A DNA stretch of 64,000 nucleotides from Lama glama. Its lineage: Eukaryota. The DNA lies in assembly GCA_028534125.1 (NCBI GenBank), contig CM052824.1, positions 37,386,001-37,450,000 on the forward strand, in the 5' to 3' direction. How positions within the stretch are numbered: position 1 is the stretch's first letter; the number at the start of each line of letters is the position of its first letter. Below, piece by piece: positions 44,159 to 54,316 of this stretch. The notes under the pieces are model-generated. The model saw nothing but the letters and a program-made list of their open reading frames with translations, was not told the origin of the DNA and did no database searches. The position numbers were made by a program, and so were the translations under genes.

Positions 44159-44835
44159 ACCGCTGCTTCCCCAGACCCGGCGCCTGTGACTCTGAGTAGT
44201 TTCTTCTGAAATGTGACAAACAAGTCATTTCTGTAAGACCACATCGGATCATTTACTTTGTGTCATTTTTAGTAACAGAACTGCAGAAAGGCCCGAGACA
44301 TGGTTATAATCCCAGCAAGTTGCTAACCGTGCGCTTCTCCCTTCTTAGAATGAATGTCTCCCCCCTAAAACTGGCTGGCACCAGCTTCGTCCGTGATACG
44401 CATCAAGCAGTGTTCTCTGGGCTTCCTGAAACTAGAACGCAGGTCACATTTCAGAGGGAGGCTGTAAATATCTGGTGTTTTCTTATTTTGTTCGTGTTTT
44501 ATCATTTTTCTATTATTGTTTTTACCATCTTATTTTCTTCTGGGACTTTTTGTAATGCCATTGTACAGCTCATATCTTCCTGCTGACATATCTGATCATC
44601 TGTTTCGTGCAGTTGCCAATACTCTTAACTGAAAACAATCTGGTTTACCATAAGTAAAATGGGGACTTGGCTTTTTGTTTTTCTGCAGGGGGAAGGTAAA
44701 GAATGTTTATTTAATATTTACCTATCTTAAATCTTTCTGAGTTGGAAGCAGTTTCATGTTCAAGGAACAGGAAAAGCTGAAAAACATAAATTTAAATCAG
44801 TCTTTTTAAAATAGATATTTTTATTCTTTTGTATA

Positions 44836-44841
44836 AATAAA
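44836..44841 (+). terminator. Candidate MEAF6 polyadenylation signal
   Basis: AATAAA in an AT-rich 3' UTR followed by U/GU-rich sequence. Other candidates are at 45576-45581 and 46930-46935. Confidence 0.45.
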
Positions 44842-45162
44842 ATTTCACAGGCTTTGTCTTCTCATGCTTTACTTTTAAACCCGAGATTGTTTTTTCACTT
44901 ATTTATTCGTATCATGCCTTATGGAAATTTCTCTTTTTCCGTCTTTTCTCTCTTTGCTGGTATTTGCCTGATTAAAAATTGCTCTAAAAATCACTAAGGC
45001 ACATGGAAAGGCCCCAAATTGTCCTCGAAGCCGATAACGTCTGGAGATCTTGAGCAGAGTGAGTGACAGGATCTACGAGAGGCTGCGATGCCCACGGATG
45101 CCCTTTCCTTACAGGGGTGGATGGGCTACGAACCGGCTGATGGTTGTTACCTGCCTCTGGAG

Positions 45163-45333
45163 CAGTGGTGATCCACCTCGGCTGCACATTGGAATCACCT
45201 GGGATGCTTAAGAAAGTACTGATGCCTGGGTTCTACCCCCTGAGATTGTGACTCGGGTACAGTCTAGTATTGTGGGGGCATTCTTTCAAGGAGTCCCTGG
45301 GATTCTGGTAAGAAGCCAAGTCGAGAACCGTTG
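45163..45333. mobile_element. MER5A-like hAT/Charlie MITE in the MEAF6 3' region
   Basis: CAGTGGT...GGCTGCACATTGGAATCACCTGGG...GAGAACCGTTG degenerate TIRs. Confidence 0.65.
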
Positions 45334-48300
45334 CATTAGGAGACTGGGTGGTTCAATTTAAATCCTATGTTGTGAATCCGTTTAAGGGATAAGATTTGGG
45401 GCCTCAACTTTCCTTTGATTCTGCTTAGTCGTAGTCCTTTACTTATGCCCGTATCTTTGTTAGAAAAAATACGTTCCGTTTGTGATAATATTGGTAGAAC
45501 TGAAATATGGATGGTGTCTATTATCAGAACACATCTACCTTGTCAGATGTGCAAAAGCTTTCACTCTTGTTCTCAAATAAACTTTTTTTTGGACTCTGCC
45601 TATTTAGATGTTTTTGGCTGTGTCTTTGGTAGCAGAGCTTCAATGTCAGGGATTTTTAAGGAAATGATTTCTTATGTATAGATTGTTCCTTAGGACAGCA
45701 ACAACAAAACTGTAAACTAAAAACAGTGAAAACAAGGAGCTTTCTGTATACTTTTTTGTTAGTTTGTCTCCTTTCCTGGGAGAGGGAGGTAGGATCCCTG
45801 CAGTTTCCTTAACTCTGAGGAAAGCATATGGCAGATCTGAAAATATTCCTGACTCTCATAGTGTGACATTTGCTAGAGCTGTGTTAGGACTACTCAGGTA
45901 TTATTTAAAAGCATATCTATGTGTGTGAATACCTGTGTGTACATATACTCAAGATTAGAGACAGGCTGCTTGCTTTATACTTATTTTCTGTATAAAGTGT
46001 AATCATTGCTTAGGGGCCCTCCCCCCAGTTTCCTGTGAGTTGGCCAGGTGTGCTGGAGATCCTCAAGTCTCGAGAGTCTTGAAATGTTGCTTAGGGAAAA
46101 AATGTTTTCCCTACATTGGGGTGGTTTGGGGAAAAAATGGCCAAGGGACCCTGCTTACCATGCTTGTGATATTTGTAATTTTGGTTATAAACTAAGTTTA
46201 CTTTTGCTTAACTTTAAAAGAGGATAAGGTCATGACTTTGGTCAAGTTATTGACTAGAAGAACAACCGGACCAACGGAGGGACACACTTACTTAGGTGAC
46301 AGTTGCCCTTGCAGTTCGCATGGTAACTCTTGGTGGAGGTGGTCTGCTGGGTGGCCAGCGTCCTCCTGTCTTAGCAGCCCCCACCCGCAACCCTGACCTG
46401 GAAGGACTGCGGGGGCACTGAGGAGGTGAAGCCCTCCCCAGGTTGCTAGGGTTTGGAGTAGTACTTGGCTTCCAGTCTTTAACCTTCTCATCTCTAAGGT
46501 GGTAATGGGTTGTTCGTTGCTCCTTTTGGTCATTATAAGACATCTTAAAAAAGGCCAGCCCTTTATGTCTTATTTTGGGAGGATGGTGCCTATATAGAGC
46601 CTCACGAGGAGTCTCAAGTACACTTTCCAGGGGCTGAAGAAATAGTTTATTCTGTTCAAACTCAGAGTGTTCGAAACACCGTCAGACCCTGAGAGTTGAA
46701 CATGGAGAACCCACAGGAACAACCCACAAGTAGAAGATAAGAAGCTTTCGGGGGCCTCGGGGAGGGCCTGAGGGAAGGGTCGTGCCCTTGGACACGGCCA
46801 GTGTGGGCTGAGGTGGCACAGACTGTCGAAGCTGCTGTCTCCCCATCTTGGGGCCCTCAGAGCACTTTAGGGAATTGATCCGTAAGTAGTTTAGTTCTCC
46901 CTGTAACGGAGTTTACACTCTTTTCTTAGAATAAAATCCCTTCCTGTGAGAGGAGGAGGCAGGCATCAGCGTTATTTCTGACTGTGAGGTTGAGCCTTTG
47001 GGTGCTGGGGTGGCTTGAGTCCTCTGTATGTATTCTAGGGGTATTCTTGACATCGGGACCCTTGTGCTAAATAAGGGAATTAAATCAAGTACTAAATGGC
47101 CTAAGCTTAAAAGCAGTAAGTTTGCTGTTCTGAAGCTCTGTGACTTAGTTTTTGCTTTTATTTTGACTCCTCTACCCCTTAGCCTTACTCCGAATTACAG
47201 GAGGCAATATTATGCTAAAAAACTCACCTCTGGGGCCCGACTCGGGGAGTGCTGCCCTGGTTGGGGTGCAGTGTGGAGAGGGAGCGGGACTGTGCTGTGT
47301 ACACGTTTACTTCTCCAGGCTGGGGTGGTGGTCAGTGCCTGCGAGGGTGATGTGCATGGAAGATGCAGAGACAAGAAGAAGAGACTGGGCTTCTCATTTC
47401 CATGTTCACCTAAATTAATGTTATCAGGCCTAAATTTTATAAGCAGTAAGCTTCGTGATTTGAAACAGTTTTCCAGTTGACAAACTACAGTTTTCCACAC
47501 TGAGATGGGCTGTGGTGGAGTGGCTTCTGATCCTCGCTTCAAAAGGTAGTGGTCCCCAAGGGGGAAGGGGTAGGGGGGTGGGGAGAACAGACCAGGCCTT
47601 TGTTATGTTTACTTTCAGGCTCAAGCTTACTGACTTCCCCGCTTTGTGTTATATAATAGACAAAAATATTAGTTCATTAGTACATGCAGGTAATTTATAG
47701 ATGACAGTGGGTTGAACCCCTAACAGTCAACTATTTTGATCCTCAAACGGCAGTTAGGATGACTGAACAGCATGGACACGTTGCGGGTCGGTATGCCCCA
47801 AGTTTTTACTGTTCCTGTACAAGTTTAAACTTTAGAGACCCCTGGCCAACACAGCCCTCCTCTGATCCCCAACCCCACCCTCATAACTTATTTCTATAGC
47901 CAAGGAGGCTTTAAAATAGCAAATTTGAATAAGAAATACATGCACATGACGTACATTCAAATGGTACTGAAGTGCAGTCAATGAAAAGTCAGTCCCTCTG
48001 CCCTTCTGCTCCCAGTTGTCCTCAGGGACAGTTTCTTGTGCGGCCTTCCAGATGAACCTTGGATGTGTACGAGCAGTACGCACATGTATGGTAGCATACT
48101 TTTTTCGACTAGAAATACAGCTTAGGAAATGCTCTGTAAGTGCCGCGGCCTGATTTCTATTGGCTGCCTAATCCATTGGTACCAGAATCCGTCTACCCAG
48201 TCCTCTGTTGATGGTTCTTATGTTGTTTCCCATCTTTGCTGTTCTGGACAGTGTCGTGGTGCCTTACACACATCATTTTGCAAATGTAATTCTTAGCAGT

Positions 48301-51279
48301 GGGATTGCTGAGCCAAAGGGTTAAAAATACATGGGTCTCCTCATGACTGTCTTCCAGATCACATTAAAAATAGGAATATGTGTACTTTCTTTTCTCCTTT
48401 TCCTTTCCTCCCCATCCCTCCAGTTCCTGAGAGTTTTTCTAGGGTCATGTGTTACCCAGAACACTTGCAGTTTCCTGGAACTCTAAACTTTGGAGCAGGC
48501 ACCTCTGGTGTTGCTTTCCAGGGGGAGCTTCAAATGCCATTGAGAATTCCCAGTTTCTGCTTGCTACCACTTTTCCATATTGTTCGGATCCTGCAGAACA
48601 TTCTGGTCCTTAGACCCTGCGTTCAGGCCTGGGAGTTAAGCCAGCCCCCTGTTCCCCTGACAGTCATACCAGAAGGCGTCAGCAGGTGGCAGGCAGAGCA
48701 CCGCAGCACCCCTGGCTGTTAGCGAGGCTCTTTGCTGGTGAGCAGCCACAATCAGAGCCTTTGGGCCCTTCCCAGTGACCTGCCTCCCAGCAACAAGCCT
48801 AGCTGGGGGGTGGGGTGGGTTGCCCAATTCTAGTTTTGCAGCCATTTCTTACGTGGGTGAGCAGTTTAAGATCAGCAGCAGCTGCCTTGAATTGGGCTTC
48901 AAGAGGCCACACCCCGGGATGACAGCCTGGGGCCTCCCCCTGCTCCAGGAACTAGCCGGAAGGATTTACATACCATGGCCTGGGATGGCTCTGGTTTCCT
49001 TAATCACAGGGCCCTACTTCCTGTCCCTTTCTGCCAACTCTTCCACACCCTTCCCATGAACTAGGAGGTCCCCAGAACAGGCTCTTACTCACCACCCTCC
49101 ACCCACTCTGCTAGATGGTCTAGAAAAAAAAAATGAGCCAGAGGTTTGAGAAGCCCTGAGACAAAAGTGTTAGGGTCCAGGACTGCCTTCTTTAGGGACA
49201 GGAGCCCCTGGGGACCAACTGGGCCCAGGACTTGCGCTGGGGACTCCACCCCTCCCCTCAACTCTAGATTTGAATCTCTTTAAATCCCAGTTTCTCTGGG
49301 GCTCACTCACTGTCTCCATAGAGAGCTGTCCAGCCCCTCCTTCAGGGCAGGGGGCTTGCCCTTCTGAGTCAGGGAGACAAACTGTGGCTTTTCCAGGAGG
49401 CTTAGGAGGAGGATGGAGAGAGCTGTGCAGTGACTGGTGGCCTCTCCCAGCCCCTTCCCCACACCACCCTGCCAGAGACTAGCGTTGTTTGGGGTGTTAG
49501 CAGCACTGGGTGGGGGTGGAGGCTGGTCTGGGAGCTGCTCCTCTGGGGCCCCCAAAGCCCTCCTCCTCCTAGGTTAGTTCTCCAGGTCTTTAAGGGTTTC
49601 CTCAGGCTGGTGCAGTGGGATGGGGACAGAGTGGGCATGGACATCCAAGGCAGGGAATTTCACCCAGTTCGTTCTCTTCCAGGGAGGCCGAAGTTTCCAG
49701 TCATCCCGCACCCAGAGCGTGGTTAACACATGTGCAGGACAGAACTTGCGAGAAGACTCAGTGTCAGGCCCCTACTGGTGAGGGCCCTGGGGTGGGGTTG
49801 GGGGGCCTGTGGAGGTTCCAGGAAGGGCTGGCAGGAGGCCCTCCTCCGTGAGTGCCCCAGGATCCTTTCCCAATCAGGCATGATTTGCATATGCTTTGCT
49901 TTCCCCTTTGGCTTCTCAGCTCCTGGAACCAGGAAAACAAAAGGAGGAAAGTGCAGGCAGGGCATGACCTCCAGCACCTCTGTGGCAGTGGCTCCAGTCT
50001 CAGGGTCACGTTCGGGCTGGCCACCCTCTCCTTCACACTTAAAAACCCTGCCATGAGCCTCTGGAGGGGAAGTGAGCTGCCCAGGGCCACCCTGCCAGTG
50101 AGGGGGACCCAGACCCAGGGCTTCTTTCTCTCATCCTGCCACCACACAAACTGAGGTGTCCGCTTGTCAACTCCAGGGAGAAGTGGAATCGTCGTGTTCC
50201 TTTCACAGGTGGGGATGCTGAGGCCTCGTGAAGAAAGATGCTTCAGCGGGTGGGGCTGAAGGTGGTGGGCAGAATTTTGCAGTTAAAACCCAAGTCGTGG
50301 GAAAGGAAAATCCTGGGCATTGGGCCTGGCCGCCTCTGAGTGGCTCTGCCTGGAAGCCAGATTGAGAAAGAGGCCTGGAGGGGAGGCTCCAAACCCTGGA
50401 CAGCCAGCCCAGCCAGGCCAAGGCTGCCGGGAAGGCACAGATGACAAGGCACTGAACTGACTCAGTCCTCCGGGAGCCTGGCCCCAGCACCTGCCGTGTG
50501 GGCTCTGCTGCCCTGGTCCCTGTCTGCCAGTGGGCCAGCAAGGCCAGACACGGCCTCCAGATGGTCCCACAGCCAGCCTAGACCTGCTGCCCAAGGCCCA
50601 CAGCCCACCTGCCTGTACAATCAGCCTCCCTCTCCCTTTCCCACAGAGCTGAAGCAGCAAATGACAAAGAGTTCAGCTCTGGTCGAGGACGAAGTGTGAG
50701 CCTTCAAGTCTATATAGACAGTAGGCTGGTGGGATGGGCAGAGGGGTGGAGGCACCCTACCACGCCTTCCAGGCCTCCCTCGGGGCCTCACGGCCTTCAG
50801 GCCCCACTGCGGTGTGCAGACAGAGGTGGCTGGATGGCTGGGGCTGCTGGGGCACCTGCTGCCAAGCAGCGGGGTGGGGTGGTCAGGCCAGCTGTTATGC
50901 TGGAGGGTCCCCATGCAGATGTTGTAAACTTACGTGGTTGTGAGGTGGGGAGCTGGGGCACCCCCACCGTCTCCGTCCCTCTCAGGGGCTTTGGAGTCAC
51001 CACAGATTAGTGTCTGTGGCCCTCCCTTTCTCAGGTCTATTTGGCTAGGGGACCCCAATTCGAGGCCCTCCTCTAGTCTCTCTTCCTCCGTGGGACCTTG
51101 GGCAAGTCACTCAGCTGTGTCAGTGGCTGATAATGAACTGGACAGTCTGGTATTTTAGCTTTCTGTCCATGAAAACAAAGGCCCATAAATAGCCTTTAAT
51201 CTGGAATACAGTTCTTGACTGGAAAAAAAATTCAATGACATTCTTTTTTTAAATTTAATTTTAATTTTTTCATTTTTTG

Positions 51280-51471
51280 GGGGGGGAGGTAATAGGTTTA
51301 TTTATTTACTTATTGTCAGTTCTATTATCTGCTTTAAAAAAATTTAGGTATAGTCAGTTTACAATGTTGTGTCAAGGTTAATTTTTTTCCTTTTTTATGG
51401 CGGTCCTGGGGATGGAACTGAGCCTCGTTCATGCTAAGCACGTGCTCTACCACTGAGCTCTACACCCTCCC
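51280..51471 (-). mobile_element. vic-1-like SINE with an L1 3'-end fragment nested in its tail
   Basis: Head GTCCTGGGGATGGAACTGAG..CATGCTAAGCACGTGCTCTACCACTGAGCT; tail GGGGAGGTAATAGGTTTATTTA; intervening GTATAGTCAGTTTACAATGTTGTGTC. Confidence 0.65.
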
Positions 51472-52703
51472 CCTGGCAACGACATTTCTTTGTGCAGATA
51501 GAACCTCCAGGGGCGGCTGGATGCAGCAGGCCCAGGGACCCTAGAAGACCCTGATGTGGGGGCTTGGAAGTAACGTTTGCTGAAATCACTCCCATATTGT
51601 GGGAGGACCCCTGACTGAAGGGCAGGCTTCTACAGAGCATTTGGGGCAAAGAGCAAGCGGGGGCCTAATGTGCAGAGAGATGGCTGGGGTGGCATTTCCT
51701 TCAACATGCTGCATAGCTGTTCTAGGGTAAAGCAGTGTCTAGAAAACAGCAGATACTATAAAAGCTTCACAAACAGTAAGTACAGATTAGGTGAGATGTT
51801 CAAAGATACAATGATTAAAACTGTATTTTTTCCATTTTCCTGCTGATGGTGTTTGGCGATCATCTGACAGCCCAGGTTTCATTTAACATAAGTAACATTT
51901 ATACCTCATTTTTTATCTTAAAAAATAAAACAAAGCTATGTATTCCTGCCTGTCTTCTTCCCCTCCAGGGGCAGATGGGAAGGTTGAGATGACGGAGGCC
52001 CTTTAACGAGCACCCAGCATGGACAATCTTGTGTTCTCTCAGAAGGTACCACCCTGTAGGGTAGGTACCATCATCATCCCCGCTTGATAGAGACCCAGAG
52101 AGGGGTAGTCACTTGCCCCGGGTGACACAATTGGTGACAGGGCCAGTTCTTGAGTCTGGGGCCAGGAACCCTAACCTCCTGCTTGGGGGTTACCCTGGCA
52201 GGGCCTCTCTAGGCTGATTCCGCCCGCGGCCCCTACTCTGCTCTGGGCCTGGTGCAGGGTAAGACTTGGGTGGACAGGGGAGAGCTGAGCCCACAGGGGC
52301 CTCCCCACCACACCCCTACTCCACAAGCTCTCCCAGAAGCCAGCCAGGTGGTTCCCATGCTCGTTCCTGACCCCAGGGTAAAGAAAGGGGACACTCCCCC
52401 TCCAAAAGCAACCCGTCCCCACACCGCAGCCTCAGGACAACAGGATGCTTCCTGACACCCCATCTATCCATGTGTCCCCAGCCATCTCTTTTCAAGGCCT
52501 GACCCAAGGCCTCAGGAAGGATGCCTTTGCTCCTGGGGGATGGAGCACTCTCAGTGGAACTCAGAAACCTTCCTTCCAGTGAAGAGTCAGGGAATTGTTG
52601 AGGAGGGAGATAGGGCAGTGCCCACCTGCTGACCTTCCATCACCCAGAGGCCAGCTCCATCCCCGAGCGCAACAAAGACCATCACCTCTTAGAGGGGTTG
52701 TAC

Positions 52704-52709
52704 TTTATT
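52704..52709 (-). terminator. ZC3H12A polyadenylation signal
   Basis: TTTATT on the plus strand (AATAAA on the minus strand), about 730 nt after the stop. Confidence 0.75.
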
Positions 52710-53200
52710 GATGTGTTAAGGGAAGCAAGGACTTTCCACTTGAAACATTTAAAATGTTTACATCCGAACAACAAATACACACATCTCCTGGGGGACAGGT
52801 GAGATTGCTCCAAGTACAGAGGAAGGGGGAGGATGAGAAAATGGGGGCCAGAATGCCCTTGACCCCTGAGGGGACAATGGGACAGGTAACAGAGTGGGAC
52901 AGAAGGTGGGTTATTAAGAAGCATCTTGCTTACTAACATGAAGCCTCGTGCCTTTGAGAGCACAAATGAGGCCTCATTGGCTTAGAGGAGGGCCCATGAG
53001 GGCGGGCACACGGTGCCCAACTAGCCAGCCAAGGCCAGCATCCCAGGGACAGGGCAGAGGTGGGGGGCTGTGCACAGGGCCCCCAGCCCAGGCCTCTGCT
53101 TCCCCCTGCCTCCCTCCCCGCCCTCTGAGAGAAAGGAGGGTTTGGGCCTCAGCCATGGACCGATGGCCGTTACTGGCAGCGTCTCTTTTTAAACTACAGA

Positions 53201-53215
53201 GATACAATGTGCATC
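53201..53215 (-). promoter_or_regulatory. 3' UTR stem-loop of the Regnase-1/Roquin type (GAUGCA-CAU-UGUAUC)
   Basis: 6-bp stem including one G-U pair, with a pyrimidine-purine-pyrimidine triloop. Confidence 0.7.
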
Positions 53216-53441
53216 AACAGGGTGATCACTTCTGACCCCTCGGGCAGACGGCAAGAGGTGCCGAGGGGCCAGAACCAATCCTACAGTATCTTTGGTTTGT
53301 AGGTTCCCTTTCCTACTTTAATCCTCCCTCTGTCCAGCCTCTGGGGTGGGCCTCGGGGCTGGGGCTGGGCTGCTCGAAGGCCTGAAGCCCGGCCTGGCAG
53401 CCCTTGGAGGCCGGAGGCGCTGCCCTTGCAGGTGGGCTGGC

Positions 53442-54316
53442 TTACTCGCTGAGGTGCTGGGACTTGTAGGAGAGGATCTCGGCGGCCAGCTGCTGGGGGT
53501 CCAGGAGCTGCGGGAAGCGCCCCATCACGGCCTCCACCAGGTGTGGGGGGAAGACGCCACACAGCTTGGTATACACGCTGGCTCGCTCCTTGGCCAGGCT
53601 GCCCGCCCCACCCCAGGGGCCCCTGTCAGTCCCTGGGCCCGGCACCCGAGGCTCCTGCAGGACTGGGGTGGGTTGGGGCAACTGGTATGGCTCAGACCAG
53701 TACTCTCGAGGTGGATAGGCGGCTGGCGGGGGTGCATAGTCAGCAGGGACGCTAAAGTGGCCGGCACCCATGGCCCGGCCAAAGGCAGAGAAGGCCGGAG
53801 TGGCTGGGAGCTCGGCCCCGTAGGGGCGGTAGCCAGCGTACGGGCCCCGAGGTGGGCCTGGCTCACCAGGGCTGCCTCCTCGAACTCCCCACAGTTCTGA
53901 CATCTGGCTCTCCAGGGAGCCGATGCCCGAGTCCAGGCACTCCTGGGAGGTGTATGGGAGGGAGTCCAGGGTCTGCGAGAACCAGTCAGAGGGCCCAAAG
54001 CTGCCGCCACTGCCCCCACTAGGTGGGAGGCTCCTGCCCGTTGGGGCGAAGGTCTGTGGCGGACCCTCCCGGTGGGTTCCCAGGGATGCCTGGGCCCCCA
54101 GCTTCTTCCCGTCCAGGCTGCGCTGCTCACGTTCTGTCAGCAGAGAGCCAGGCTGAGATGAAGGTGAAGGCCGCCGGCCACTTCTGTCCTTGCTCGGGGG
54201 CCTGGGCGGTGAGAGGAGGGCGTTGGCCCGGAGCTCATCAGCTACAGAGCGCTGGGGGCGGCTCGGTCGCTCCGGGTGGAAGAACCGGCACTTGATTCCG
54301 TAGGTGCACTTCCTCC
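53442..54316 (-). CDS. ZC3H12A: ZC3H12A exon 6 (coding part)
   Basis: tctcgcag|GGAGGAAG; ORF 53442..54356. Confidence 0.95.

Noticed and set aside
53637-53639. Apparent loss of a regulatory serine in Regnase-1 (VPGPG where other species have ..SPG)
   Set aside because: Counting from the DSGIGS degron shows that the mouse S494 and S513 equivalents are HFSVP and YWSEP, both intact here. The MALT1 site, degron and visible catalytic aspartates are also intact.
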